Part shown: one piece after another, positions 18,250 to 28,018 of the stretch
How positions within the stretch are numbered: position 1 is the first letter of the stretch
Layout of the letters: each line of letters opens with the position of its first letter
Source: Marine Group II euryarchaeote MED-G35
GTDB taxonomy: Archaea; Thermoplasmatota; Poseidoniia; Poseidoniales; Thalassarchaeaceae
DNA length: 64,000 nt
Direction: 5' to 3'
Assembly (NCBI GenBank): GCA_002457155.1
Contig: NTJS01000002.1
Location: 8,630-72,629 of the forward strand
Translations under genes and position numbers: made by a program
The notes under the pieces: generated by a model
The model's input: only the letters and a program-made list of their open reading frames with translations
Told to the model about the DNA's origin: nothing
Database searches by the model: none

Positions 18250-19593
18250 GTGCCAGCCAGCGTCGTGCTAGGTGCCCAATGGGGGGACGAGGGTAAGGGC
18301 AAGGCCATAGACCAACTTGCACCCAACTCCCAGTGGGCTGTTCGGTTCCAAGGAGGCAATAATGCCGGCCACACTATCGTAGCAGGGGGGACTACCCTCA
18401 AGATGCACCTACTGCCTTCGGGGATTACCTCTAGGGATTGCAAACTGGTACTTGGTTGCGGCATGGTGGTTGACCCCTGGGTCTTGGATAGGGAACTCAG
18501 GGAGTGGGCCGAACTCACGGGGGAACAACCCGAGGGGGAGAGGCTCTTCATCAGCGAGAGGGCTGCGGTCATACTGCCGTTCCATAGGCTATACGACTCG
18601 GCCGACAAGGTCGTCGGAACGACTGGTAGAGGGATCGGCCCGGCTTACAGGGACCGGACCGAGAGGGTCGGCCTCAGGTTCGTGGACATCGGACTCCTGT
18701 TGGGACGAGACTCCGAGATAGGGGATATGGCAAGGAGGATGAACGATCAGCTGGCCACAGTAGGAGTGGAGGATAGGATCGATCCCGAGCAGCTGAGCTC
18801 CGAACTTATCTGGATCCATGAGAGGTTCTCAAACGCCATCCGTGCTACTGGCCCGATGCTCGACTCGGCTCTGAACAGGGGGGACCAAGTCCTCCTCGAG
18901 GGAGCCCAGGGGGCAATGCTCGACATCGACCAAGGAACATACCCATTCGTGACGTCCTCGATCACTTGCAGGGCCAATGCGACTCATGGTGCGGGGATAC
19001 ATCCTGGGCACATCGAACAGTGCTTCGGCATCACCAAGGCTTACACCACTCGTGTGGGGAACGGGCCGTTCCCGACCGAACTCTCGCTTGAAGAGGGACC
19101 AGGAAAGCAGATGTCAGTGATCGGTCACGAGTTCGGGACGACCACTGGTCGCCCTCGAAGGACGGGGTGGCTAGACGCAGTGGCATTGAACGAGAGCCAG
19201 AGGCTCAACGGCTACACCGGCCTGGTGGTGACCAAGCTGGACGTCCTAGGGGGGCTGGAGGAGCTGAAGATATGCACCTCGTACGAGCTCGATGGCCAGG
19301 AGGTATCCCATCTTCCATCCTCCTCTGAGGAGCTAAGCAGGTGCAAGCCAGTCTACGAGACCCATCCCGGCTTCCCGGCCATGGAAGAGGCAGAGTGGAT
19401 CCAGATCGCCGAGGAATCCAGGAAGGGCGGGGGGATGGATTCGCTACCGAGTTCTATCAGGGCATACCTAGCCAGGATAGAGGAGATATCAGGCGTCCCT
19501 GTGGTCAGCGTCGGTGTTGGCCCGGACCGACTGGCTTCCATAGCCAGTTCCGGAGGCCCCTTCGACATCGAGTTGTCCGAAGCAACCTTCTAA
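18250..19593 (+). CDS. purA: adenylosuccinate synthetase
   Basis: QWGDEGKGK, GGNNAGHT, TTGRGIGPAY and TTGRPRR are present. I chose the GTG start at 18250 so that the N-terminus aligns with canonical PurA. Confidence 0.9.
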   Translation: MPASVVLGAQWGDEGKGKAIDQLAPNSQWAVRFQGGNNAGHTIVAGGTTLKMHLLPSGITSRDCKLVLGCGMVVDPWVLDRELREWAELTGEQPEGERLFISERAAVILPFHRLYDSADKVVGTTGRGIGPAYRDRTERVGLRFVDIGLLLGRDSEIGDMARRMNDQLATVGVEDRIDPEQLSSELIWIHERFSNAIRATGPMLDSALNRGDQVLLEGAQGAMLDIDQGTYPFVTSSITCRANATHGAGIHPGHIEQCFGITKAYTTRVGNGPFPTELSLEEGPGKQMSVIGHEFGTTTGRPRRTGWLDAVALNESQRLNGYTGLVVTKLDVLGGLEELKICTSYELDGQEVSHLPSSSEELSRCKPVYETHPGFPAMEEAEWIQIAEESRKGGGMDSLPSSIRAYLARIEEISGVPVVSVGVGPDRLASIASSGGPFDIELSEATF

Positions 19594-19617
19594 TCGGTCC
19601 CCATTGCCGCAGACTCA

Positions 19618-19908
19618 ATGGGATTCAAGTCCAGAGCGAAGAAGAGGAGGCTCGCCTCCGCTGGAGGCAAAGACGGATCCGCGAAGGAGGAGAAGGCCGA
19701 ATTCGTCGGAGATTCCCCCTGTGACATCAAAGGATGCGGCAACTGGGCGGACAAGAAGGCAGGAGGCAGGAAGATGGCGTATGACAGGGCCGTCGATGTA
19801 TGGGGGTCCTCCGGGATATCCCGAAAGGTCCGCAAGATTTCGCTCTGCAAGTCCTGCTACAGGGCATGGAAGAAGGAGAACAAGGGCCAGCCGAAGGAGT
19901 GGGAGTAG
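19618..19908 (+). CDS. small basic four-cysteine (zinc-binding?) protein
   Basis: This 96-aa Lys/Arg-rich ORF has CDIKGC ... CKSC. It exactly fills the gap between purA and the real pruA start. Confidence 0.4.
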   Translation: MGFKSRAKKRRLASAGGKDGSAKEEKAEFVGDSPCDIKGCGNWADKKAGGRKMAYDRAVDVWGSSGISRKVRKISLCKSCYRAWKKENKGQPKEWE

Positions 19909-19930
19909 CCCAGATCCCCCCTGCGAAACT

Positions 19931-21577
19931 ATGTTAGACGATTCGTCTTCCACCCAACCCATGAGCCAACCAGTAAATGAGCCCATCATGGGATACTCCT
20001 CGGGAAGCCCCGAGAGGACAGCGCTGAAGAACGAGATTGACAGACAGCTAGCCGAGGTCATCGAGATCCCATGCGTGATTAACGGGGAGCTCGTCTTCAC
20101 TGGCAACACGGTCACCCAGGTCGTGCCCCATGACCACGGTCACGTGCTCGCAAACGTACACCTGGCAGGAAAGGCAGAGATGGAGGCCGCCTGCGAGGCT
20201 GCGGTGAATGCACAGGGGGAATGGATAGCCCTCGGACTCGAGGGGAGGTGCCGGGTGTTCGAGAGGAGCGCGGACCTGCTGGCAGGGGACTGGAGGATGC
20301 GTGTCAACGCATCGACAATGCTCAACCAGTCGAAGACGGCATTCCAGGCTGAGATAGACTCGGCCTGCGAACTGATCGACTTCTGGAGGTTCAACTGCCA
20401 CTACGCCAGAGGCTTCCATGATGACCTGCAGCCGCTGGTCTCTCCCACGGGCGTCGAGAACTCCACAGAGATCCGTCCCTTGGAGGGATTCGTCCTGTCC
20501 ATCACCCCGTTCAACTTCACTAGCATAGCAGCCAACCTGCCCAGTGCCCCGGCCATCGTCGGATGCACCTCGGTCTGGAAGCCGAGCAGGAACTCGTACC
20601 ACTCTAACTACGTCCTCATGCAGCTGATGATGGAGGCAGGGCTCCCCCCAGGGGTGATCAACTTCCTCCCAGGCTCGGGAGCGGAGATCACAGGAGCGGC
20701 CCTGTCCAATCCGGACTTCGCCGGATTGCACTTCACCGGCTCGACATCGACCTTCCAGGGGCTCTGGCAGGAGATCGCCAAGGCACTGCCCGACCTGAGG
20801 TCCTACCCTCGGATAGTGGGCGAGACCGGAGGCAAGGACTTCGTCGTGGCCCATCCGGACTGCGACCACCGGGGCCTGTTGGTGGCTCTCCTGAGAGGCT
20901 CGTTCGAGTACCAGGGGCAGAAGTGCAGCGCGGCCAGCAGGGCGTACATCCCCTCATCTGTGTGGGGTGCGATAGGGGACGACCTGTGCTCTGAGGTCTC
21001 CAAGATCAAGATGGGCGATGCCCGGGACTTCACGAACTTCATGACCGCCGTCATCGATCAGAGGGCCTTCGACAAGATATCCGGCTACATCGAGAGGGCC
21101 AAGGACGACGATTCCTGCGAGGTGGTCGTCGGAGGGGGCCACGACGACTCCACCGGCTGGTTCATCGAGCCGACAATAATAGTCACGACCAACCCGGCCT
21201 CCGAGACGATGTGCGAGGAGATCTTCGGACCGGTCCTGACTGTGTACGTCTACGAAGACGACGACTTCGAGGGGGCGCTGGAGACGTGCGACAAGGGATC
21301 CCCATACGCCCTCACCGGATCCATCTTCGCCAACAACGAGGAGGACGTCCAGAGGGCGTTCGAGGCGCTGCGCTTCGCGGCTGGGAACTTCTACATCAAC
21401 GACAAGCCAACCGGTGCCGTGGTGGCCCAGCAGCCGTTCGGTGGAGCCAGGGCAAGCGGGACCAACGACAAGGCCGGAGGGCCGCTCAACCTGCTTCGAT
21501 GGATAAGCCCACGCTCCGTGAAGCGCACACTGGACATCCCACAGGACTGGGGATACCCGTTCATGCAGCCAGAGTGA
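19931..21577 (+). CDS. pruA: L-glutamate gamma-semialdehyde (1-pyrroline-5-carboxylate) dehydrogenase
   Basis: It belongs to the aldehyde dehydrogenase fold and has GETGGKD and FEYQGQKCSA. I chose the ATG at 19931. The 109 upstream codons in the track ORF are Arg-rich and overlap the small ORF. Confidence 0.85.
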   Translation: MLDDSSSTQPMSQPVNEPIMGYSSGSPERTALKNEIDRQLAEVIEIPCVINGELVFTGNTVTQVVPHDHGHVLANVHLAGKAEMEAACEAAVNAQGEWIALGLEGRCRVFERSADLLAGDWRMRVNASTMLNQSKTAFQAEIDSACELIDFWRFNCHYARGFHDDLQPLVSPTGVENSTEIRPLEGFVLSITPFNFTSIAANLPSAPAIVGCTSVWKPSRNSYHSNYVLMQLMMEAGLPPGVINFLPGSGAEITGAALSNPDFAGLHFTGSTSTFQGLWQEIAKALPDLRSYPRIVGETGGKDFVVAHPDCDHRGLLVALLRGSFEYQGQKCSAASRAYIPSSVWGAIGDDLCSEVSKIKMGDARDFTNFMTAVIDQRAFDKISGYIERAKDDDSCEVVVGGGHDDSTGWFIEPTIIVTTNPASETMCEEIFGPVLTVYVYEDDDFEGALETCDKGSPYALTGSIFANNEEDVQRAFEALRFAAGNFYINDKPTGAVVAQQPFGGARASGTNDKAGGPLNLLRWISPRSVKRTLDIPQDWGYPFMQPE

Positions 21578-21638
21578 GAATCGGCAAGGTTGAACTGCCC
21601 GCTCCCTACCGTACTCATGGGGAGCAACTTGCTGAGAG

Positions 21639-21652
21639 GTCGCCTAGGCGAC
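21639..21652. promoter_or_regulatory. 14-bp perfect palindrome GTCGCCTAGGCGAC in the pruA / symporter intergenic region
   Basis: I read it directly from the sequence. It could be an operator or an RNA hairpin. Confidence 0.3.
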
Positions 21653-21695
21653 GACCCGCGAACCTGATCTGGGTAATTCCAGCGGAGGAAGAGAA

Positions 21696-23156
21696 ATGGA
21701 AACGAACACCGCATACATACTGACTGCTAGCGTACTGGCCGCCTTCGGGTACATCGGATACCAATCCGCAACGAAGGACATCGACGACGATGACTACCTC
21801 TCATCCAGGGGGACCCAGGGGTGGCTCGGGATAGGGCTGAGCCTGTTCGCCTCGGGAATGGGCGTCTGGGTCCTGCTGGGGCCCTCCGAGGTCGCGTACT
21901 ACGGCGGTTTCTGGGACGTGCTCGGATACGCAGCCTCTTCGATGACCCCCTTCCTACTACTGGCCTACATCGGACCGATGATCCGAGACCGCATCCCCCT
22001 CGGTATCACCCTGGCCGACTACGTCAGGCAAAGGCTGGGCAGGCCCATGCAGTACTACGTGGGGATGATCTCCATCCTCTACATGTTCACATTCCTCTTC
22101 GCGGAGTTCACTGCGATAGGGAAGGTGATGGAGCACCTCTCGGGGATGGACCCGCTGCACCCCATGATTATGGTGGGGATCGTCACAGCGGCCTACACCG
22201 CCTACGGGGGCCTTCCTGCGTCGTTGGCGACTGACAGGACCCAGGCATGGGTCATCGCCGTCCTCGTCACGATGATCCTGGTTGTCCTCGTAGGGGGGGA
22301 CCTGGGCCAGATGATAGATGACGCCAGGGCGTACAACACGGATGACGATTGGTCGCTTCTGGGCAGCATGAGCTACATGGGCTCGTGGGAATCGGGCCTG
22401 GCCCTAGTGGTCGCGGTGACAGCCGCGGAGATGTTCTCACAGGGCAACTGGCAGAGGGTGTACGCCTCAGACAACGACGAGTCCCTCAGGAAGGGGGCCC
22501 TCCTGGCCGCTGCCATGGTCTTCCCACTCGTGTTCGCAATGGGCTTCCTCGGTACCGTGGCTGCCGGGCAGGGAGGGATAGCCGACCCCTCCATCGCATT
22601 CTTCTACCTGATAGACGAGTCCGGACTGGTCGTAGCATCGGTCCTCATAGTGCTGGTGATATCCCTCGTCTGCTCCAGCGCCGATACGCTGCAGAACGCG
22701 ATCGTCGCCTCGATATCAAGGGACATCTATGACAGCAGGATGGACCTCCAAGTATCCAGGATCGCCACCATAGCGATGATCCCCATCGCGATATACCTGG
22801 CATCGGGCCCCACGATCCTCGGCATCGAGTTCAACGCGTGGAGCGTGTTCGGGATATTTCTGTTCGCGGACATGCTGGCGGCAGCCACTGTCTCCCCCGT
22901 CCTGATGACCCTGTGGGGGGGAGTGTCGTCCCGCGGAGCCCTCATCGGTTGCGTCGCTGGCTTCGCCTCGGTGGCGATATACGGGCTGTATGAGCCCCCG
23001 GCGGATGCCGCGTTCTACATGTACATCGTGCACCCAACAGGAGGGGCAGTCCCAGCGAGCGAGGGCGGCCTCACCAACCTCTATGCGTTCCTCTCAGCCA
23101 TCATCGGGTCAACCGCGGCGACGGTAGTAGGTTCATACGCACTGCCCGACGAGTAG
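21696..23156 (+). CDS. sodium:solute symporter (SSS) family transporter
   Basis: There are about 13 TM segments with an SSS-like N-terminal region (YLSSRGTQGWLGIGLSLFASGMG). The substrate was not determined. Confidence 0.75.
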   Translation: METNTAYILTASVLAAFGYIGYQSATKDIDDDDYLSSRGTQGWLGIGLSLFASGMGVWVLLGPSEVAYYGGFWDVLGYAASSMTPFLLLAYIGPMIRDRIPLGITLADYVRQRLGRPMQYYVGMISILYMFTFLFAEFTAIGKVMEHLSGMDPLHPMIMVGIVTAAYTAYGGLPASLATDRTQAWVIAVLVTMILVVLVGGDLGQMIDDARAYNTDDDWSLLGSMSYMGSWESGLALVVAVTAAEMFSQGNWQRVYASDNDESLRKGALLAAAMVFPLVFAMGFLGTVAAGQGGIADPSIAFFYLIDESGLVVASVLIVLVISLVCSSADTLQNAIVASISRDIYDSRMDLQVSRIATIAMIPIAIYLASGPTILGIEFNAWSVFGIFLFADMLAAATVSPVLMTLWGGVSSRGALIGCVAGFASVAIYGLYEPPADAAFYMYIVHPTGGAVPASEGGLTNLYAFLSAIIGSTAATVVGSYALPDE

Positions 23157-23160
23157 GGCC

Positions 23161-23925
23161 ATGCTCGCAGCGATCAGGCCTTGGAAGCGCTTCTGGGTAG
23201 GCCCATGGTCGCGAAGGGAACGCCTCGGAGGGAGGTGGTTCCCGCTGGAGGTCTTCGTCCTGGGCCTGTTGCTGGTGGCTGTCCCGTACTTCTCCACGAA
23301 CAACATAGCCAGCATGTACCTCGACACCGTGTGGGACCCTGAGATCGGGATGGACAGGGAGTTCCCCGTCGTGAACTGGATGATACTCCCCTACACCCTG
23401 CTCTACATGTTCTACCCGGCCACGCTCATCCTCTGCCCCCGGGACGAGAGGGGGCACGCGGAGCTGGCAGTCGGGATGCAGACGCTGATCATGGTCACCG
23501 CCTTCTGCTGCACGATCTTCCTCGTCCTCCCGGCCGAGATAGACATGCGGGACCAGATCGACTGGGACTCCCTGAGCGGCTGGGAGGCAGTCCTCTTCGA
23601 GTTCATCCACTTCTCGGACAACCCATGGAACGCATGGCCCAGCCTGCACATAGTCCACTCGTACCTGCTCGCTCGCCTGATGACCGTCTGGGCCTCGAGG
23701 AGGGCAGAGGGTTCCAGTGCATGGAACGTCTTCATTGTCGTACTTTGGATAGAGTGGCTCCTCCTATGCATCAGCATCCTCACCACCAAGCAGCACTACC
23801 TGTTCGACCTGGTGACTGGGATAGCAGTCGCCCAGTTGGCCTGGCTCGCCACGAAGCCGACCCTCGACGAGATCGAGGCCATGGGTCCCTCGGCCTTCGC
23901 CGAGGAGTGCGGTTGGACCGACTAG
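23161..23925 (+). CDS. PAP2-superfamily membrane protein (sphingomyelin/IPC-synthase-like PAP2_C)
   Basis: The PAP2 C2/C3-like motifs WPSLH and TKQHYLFDLVTG lie in a polytopic membrane protein. Confidence 0.6.
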   Translation: MLAAIRPWKRFWVGPWSRRERLGGRWFPLEVFVLGLLLVAVPYFSTNNIASMYLDTVWDPEIGMDREFPVVNWMILPYTLLYMFYPATLILCPRDERGHAELAVGMQTLIMVTAFCCTIFLVLPAEIDMRDQIDWDSLSGWEAVLFEFIHFSDNPWNAWPSLHIVHSYLLARLMTVWASRRAEGSSAWNVFIVVLWIEWLLLCISILTTKQHYLFDLVTGIAVAQLAWLATKPTLDEIEAMGPSAFAEECGWTD

Positions 23926-26078
23926 TTGTAGACGATCGAGAGCAGACCGTTGGCAGCCTTCTCGCATGCGTTCGCCACGTCATCCATCCTCTGCAGGACC
24001 CTGTACATGTGCACAGCAGCCAACGGTGCGTCCTCACCGTGCCTGAAGACGTAGGCCGCCGCCTTGCTCTCCACCATGTCCGCCTCGTGCTCAGCCAGGT
24101 TGACCTCGTCGATCAACTCCCCGAGCCTCTCCCTTCCAGCCTTGGTGTAGCCCGATAGGGCGACGTCCCTCAGCTGCGAGACAGCGTCCTCGTAGAGCGA
24201 AGTGGTCTTCGAAACGGCCCCTGCCATCTCCTTGAGCATCCCACGGGCCTCCTTATCGACGAACAGCTCCCTGAAGGAGAGCTGCTCCGCGACGTTCTGG
24301 GCGTAGTCGGCAATCCTATCCTGCCTAGACACCATTCGGAACAACTCGTCCTTGCCCTGCAGGACGGAGATCTGCCCCGAACCCAGCCTCCTCCTGATGT
24401 CGTTCTTCACTTCGTCCGCTCTGAGCTCGGCTTCGACTGTCGATTTGATGTGGTCCTCTGGGTCGTCCCCATCCGCCGCAGCATTGACCGCGCTGAGCAT
24501 GTGACCGACTGTCTCCTCCACAGCTAGAGCATGCGTGTGGAAAAGCTCGAAGTGAGTCGGTGCTCCCTTGTTGTCCGCGCTACCGGCATCGGACAGGGCG
24601 TCCTCGACGTAGATCTCGTCATCCCATGTAGCCCAGATCACGTACGCGACGATCGCGAAGGCTATCGGGATGATGACTAGGAGCTTGATCGGGTCAGAAC
24701 CGGAGGCAACGTAGATCGCTATCGACCCGAAACCCGCTGCAGGTAGGCTGGCAACCCATGATGAAACGATCTTGCCGAACACCCTGAAGTCCACGGCCTT
24801 GGCCCCGCCTGCGAGACCGACTCCCACCACTGCGCCAACGAGGGTGTGAGTTGTCGAAACGGGAACAGCCAGGAATGGCATCGAGAATATCAGGATGGTA
24901 GTGGCAGCCCCGAACTCTGCGGCGAAACCCCTAGTGGGGGTGATGTCAGTGATCTTGTGGCCGATGGTGTCCATGACTCTCCAGCCCCAGGTCATAACAC
25001 CGATCGCGATTCCAGCGCTACCGAGTAGGACCAGCCAAAGTGGGACGGGTGCGCTGGCAGACAACTCCCCCCCGCTTGATAGCACCTGGTAGACTGCAGC
25101 CATGGGCCCTATGGCATTGGACCGGTCGTTGGCACCGTGCGCGAATGCGACGTATGCCGCGGTGATTACCTGGAGCCATACGAAGATTCTCTCGACACCG
25201 TGGAAGCCATCTTTCTCCCCCTTGAACTCGTAGTTCCTCAGAACGTATGCAAGTACTCCTGCTGCTATCACTGCGATGATGAATGCGAGGATTATGCTGT
25301 TGATGGGGAACCAAGCATTCTCGACAAAGGGGTCCCAAGAGCCGTTCTCCTTAACGGGGAGCCAGTCGTACTTGTCGTCTATCCAGCCATTGCCCTCTGC
25401 CCTTGCGAAAAAGCCCTTCAGAGCCTTGAACTGGAGGGCAATACCGAGGACGAAGAATGTGGGGATCGCCATGATCGGGGCGAGCCACCTCGATCTCTCC
25501 TCCGGGTTGCTCGATTCGAGGATGGTCTCGCGGACTATCCAGAATGTGCCGAATGCCAGGAGCCCTCCCATGAGTGGGCTGGCGACCCATGACATCACTA
25601 CCTCCTGCGTCTTCTCCCAGTTGATCAGGGACGTGTCATGCTGGACCTCTAGGACCAGCCCTACTCCGATTATTCCGCCGATTATGCTGTGAGTGGTGGA
25701 GACTGGTAGCCCCAGTCTGGTAGCCGTGGTCAGCCATATCGCAGCCGCCATCATGGCTGCTATGAATCCGTACATCAGGTCGTTGGCGAAGTCGTCGGTG
25801 ACGGTCTCGAAGTCAACTACTAGGATTCCCTTCCGAACGGTGTCAGTCACCGCATCACCTGCGAAGAAGGCCCCGCAGAACTCGAAGACTGCGGCAATTA
25901 TCACTGCCTGCTTCAGGGTTAGGGCCTTCGAGCCAACAGAGGTCCCCATAGCGTTCGCAACATCATTCGCTCCGATGTTCCATGCCATGTAGGCGCAAAC
26001 TATCAATGACAGAATCAGTACTAGCCACATTACTCCACTGATTTCCATGAACGTCCCGGACACAGGATGGTATATCAT
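23922..26078 (-). CDS. pit: PiT-family inorganic phosphate transporter fused to a C-terminal DUF47/PhoU-like domain
   Basis: The two PiT signature repeats are GANDVANAMGTSVG and HGANDRSNAIGP. The C-terminal ~200 aa are helical and soluble with DUF47-like features. The start could instead be the Met at 26048. Confidence 0.85.
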   Translation of the reverse strand: MIYHPVSGTFMEISGVMWLVLILSLIVCAYMAWNIGANDVANAMGTSVGSKALTLKQAVIIAAVFEFCGAFFAGDAVTDTVRKGILVVDFETVTDDFANDLMYGFIAAMMAAAIWLTTATRLGLPVSTTHSIIGGIIGVGLVLEVQHDTSLINWEKTQEVVMSWVASPLMGGLLAFGTFWIVRETILESSNPEERSRWLAPIMAIPTFFVLGIALQFKALKGFFARAEGNGWIDDKYDWLPVKENGSWDPFVENAWFPINSIILAFIIAVIAAGVLAYVLRNYEFKGEKDGFHGVERIFVWLQVITAAYVAFAHGANDRSNAIGPMAAVYQVLSSGGELSASAPVPLWLVLLGSAGIAIGVMTWGWRVMDTIGHKITDITPTRGFAAEFGAATTILIFSMPFLAVPVSTTHTLVGAVVGVGLAGGAKAVDFRVFGKIVSSWVASLPAAGFGSIAIYVASGSDPIKLLVIIPIAFAIVAYVIWATWDDEIYVEDALSDAGSADNKGAPTHFELFHTHALAVEETVGHMLSAVNAAADGDDPEDHIKSTVEAELRADEVKNDIRRRLGSGQISVLQGKDELFRMVSRQDRIADYAQNVAEQLSFRELFVDKEARGMLKEMAGAVSKTTSLYEDAVSQLRDVALSGYTKAGRERLGELIDEVNLAEHEADMVESKAAAYVFRHGEDAPLAAVHMYRVLQRMDDVANACEKAANGLLSIVYN

Positions 26079-26124
26079 AGAGAAGTAGCGTAATCTATAT
26101 ATTAATAATTAGAAACACGAATTC
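26079..26124. promoter_or_regulatory. AT-rich divergent promoter region between pit and phoU-like genes
   Basis: TATA-like runs (CTATATATTAATAATT) lie about 25-30 nt upstream of the phoU ATG. That spacing suggests a leaderless or short-leader transcript. Confidence 0.35.
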
Positions 26125-27165
26125 ATGCCCATTGGTCCAGGCGAACAAGATGTCCGAAGATTGCAACTTACCGGAGGGGCAACATACACCCTCAGCTTGC
26201 CAAAACCATGGGTATCTGCAAACAATCTCGGTTCTCGTGACAGCATCCGAATCGACTGGAGGTCGAGCGGCGAACTGATGCTCTCACCTCTCGAAGACTC
26301 AGAAGAACAAAGGACAGAGATCACGATAGATTTGGACGGACTTCCAGAAACTGCTCTCTATGATCACCTAATGGGGGCCTACATTTCGGGAGTTCAGGAG
26401 ATTGTGATCAAAAGCAAGGATGTTCTGAAAAGAAAAACACGAAACGAAATTCGGCGCTTCCTAAGATCCACTAGGGGTTTTGAGATTGGAGAAGAGGGCG
26501 ATTCCCATAGCCGTTTGATTAACTTGCTAAACACCGGAGAATTGCCATTGAGCGCCAGCCTTAATCGCATGTATCTTCTCCTTTCCTCGCTTGTTAGAGA
26601 CATCATAGAGGCACTCCAAGGGACAGATGCCGACTTGATATCAGATCACGATGAGAGGGAAAGGGAGGTAGACGGCCTGCAGTATCTGATTGAGAGGCAA
26701 GTAGGATCCATGCTTTCATCTTCACAGATTGTAAAGTCTCTGGGAATTAGTAGAAAGCAGGGTGTCGAGTATGCAAACCTTGCACGGTCCCTTGAGAGGA
26801 TGATGGACCATGCAGACCAAATGGCGCGACTAACGTTGGATTCGGAATCCATTCCAAAACTAAGTATTCGGAAGATGCCCCTCTCTGCCCTCCCTATTTG
26901 GCTAGATTCTATCAAGACGCTAATGATTAACCTGAGGGAAAGGGACGCACACCAAATTGAGAAGGCACGAAACTCGCTGAAGTCGGCCCAACTGAAACTG
27001 GAGGAACACGAGGAAAGCCTCTGGTCCGGGAAGCGCAAAGCAGCACCCCTACTGTTTGAAGACAGATTGTCTGAATCGATAAGGAGACTATGTGCCTATG
27101 CAAGAGATTTCGGTGAGATTTTACTAAACATGCTTGCCTATGATTCGATCAAAAGAAACCGATGA
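26125..27165 (+). CDS. phoU: phosphate uptake regulator: AbrB/SpoVT-like N-terminal domain + PhoU repeats
   Basis: The N-terminus RRLQLTGGATYTLSLPKPWV has a SpoVT/AbrB look. It is followed by two helical PhoU-like repeats. Confidence 0.75.
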   Translation: MPIGPGEQDVRRLQLTGGATYTLSLPKPWVSANNLGSRDSIRIDWRSSGELMLSPLEDSEEQRTEITIDLDGLPETALYDHLMGAYISGVQEIVIKSKDVLKRKTRNEIRRFLRSTRGFEIGEEGDSHSRLINLLNTGELPLSASLNRMYLLLSSLVRDIIEALQGTDADLISDHDEREREVDGLQYLIERQVGSMLSSSQIVKSLGISRKQGVEYANLARSLERMMDHADQMARLTLDSESIPKLSIRKMPLSALPIWLDSIKTLMINLRERDAHQIEKARNSLKSAQLKLEEHEESLWSGKRKAAPLLFEDRLSESIRRLCAYARDFGEILLNMLAYDSIKRNR

Positions 27166-27169
27166 GCCC

Positions 27170-27898
27170 CTACGACATTGACTCATAGATGTAGAAAAAG
27201 CCACTACCCACTATCCCTGCCATTACCAAATTGTGGATCCATTCTGCCTTCATTGCCTCCAACCACCTTTTCCCTGCTCTTACCCCGAGCAAAGCGGCTA
27301 CCACCAGGAGCAAGGTGACCTGTAAGTGCTCAACCATCTCTTCCGAGCGGAAGTAGAGGTAGACCGGGACTCTCGATAGGTCTACGCAGAGCGCGAGTAC
27401 GCTTGCTGTGGCGGCATATGCCATCTTGTCCGGAAGGCGCCGTGTTAGGAACATCGCCCTCAAAGCACCTTGGTGCCCAGAAAGGCCCCCCATGAAGCCG
27501 GAGCCGAACCCCCCGATCCGGTCATTTGCCTCGGGAATCCTCATCCCCGTCCAAGACTCGCTGAGTGTCAGCAGTGGTAGGAGGATGAGGAAGGCACCTA
27601 TCAGGGCAAGAAGGGGGCCCTGTGGGACCTTGCTCTGCAAAGCGGCCCCAATGACCGCTCCTACCACGAGCCAGATTCCGTAGTGCCTGAAAGCAGAGAA
27701 GTCGACGCTATCCCTCAGAGCCAGGAACTTCCCAGCATTGTGCGCCCCATGCACCACTGCTACCACTGCCACTGCCTCGTGAGGCCCCATCATCAGGAGA
27801 ACCATCGGGGTGAGCATGGTCGACAACCCGAAGCCAGCAGGGACGGTCAGGGCTGCGGCCAAGAAGGCGCCAACGAAGGCTAGGGCCAAGAACTCCAT
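27170..27898 (-). CDS. TauE/SafE (DUF81) family anion exporter
   Basis: There are 7-8 TM segments with Gly-rich repeats typical of DUF81. I chose the internal ATG at 27898. Confidence 0.75.
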   Translation of the reverse strand: MEFLALAFVGAFLAAALTVPAGFGLSTMLTPMVLLMMGPHEAVAVVAVVHGAHNAGKFLALRDSVDFSAFRHYGIWLVVGAVIGAALQSKVPQGPLLALIGAFLILLPLLTLSESWTGMRIPEANDRIGGFGSGFMGGLSGHQGALRAMFLTRRLPDKMAYAATASVLALCVDLSRVPVYLYFRSEEMVEHLQVTLLLVVAALLGVRAGKRWLEAMKAEWIHNLVMAGIVGSGFFYIYESMS

Positions 27899-28018
27899 GA
27901 CACTGGGAGAAAACGGAGAACAATTGATGTTTCTACTCGTTTTTCGCTGAACCACAGCCTAATACGTCCCAGCCTTGCCCATGGCTTGCTCCTAGAGCAT
28001 TATGGGGATGGTGGTTCA

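Noticed and set aside
19604-19930. 109-codon N-terminal extension of the P5C dehydrogenase ORF (Arg/Pro-rich)
   Set aside because: It has no resemblance to the enzyme family and a low-complexity Arg-rich composition typical of an off-frame reading of GC-rich DNA. It also overlaps a better small ORF in another frame. The canonical N-terminus begins at the ATG at 19931.
20048-20869. 273-aa antisense ORF inside pruA. Similar long antisense or off-frame ORFs occur at 9677-10297, 15310-15843, 23101-23658, 28758-29402, 32894-33637, 33662-34189, 35499-36026, 40728-41279, 44243-44890, 47287-47853, 48480-49049 and 52585-53163.
   Set aside because: Each lies opposite to, or out of frame within, a gene with strong family motifs. 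Their compositions are rich in Arg, Pro, Ser and Gly, as expected for shadow ORFs in GC-rich coding DNA.
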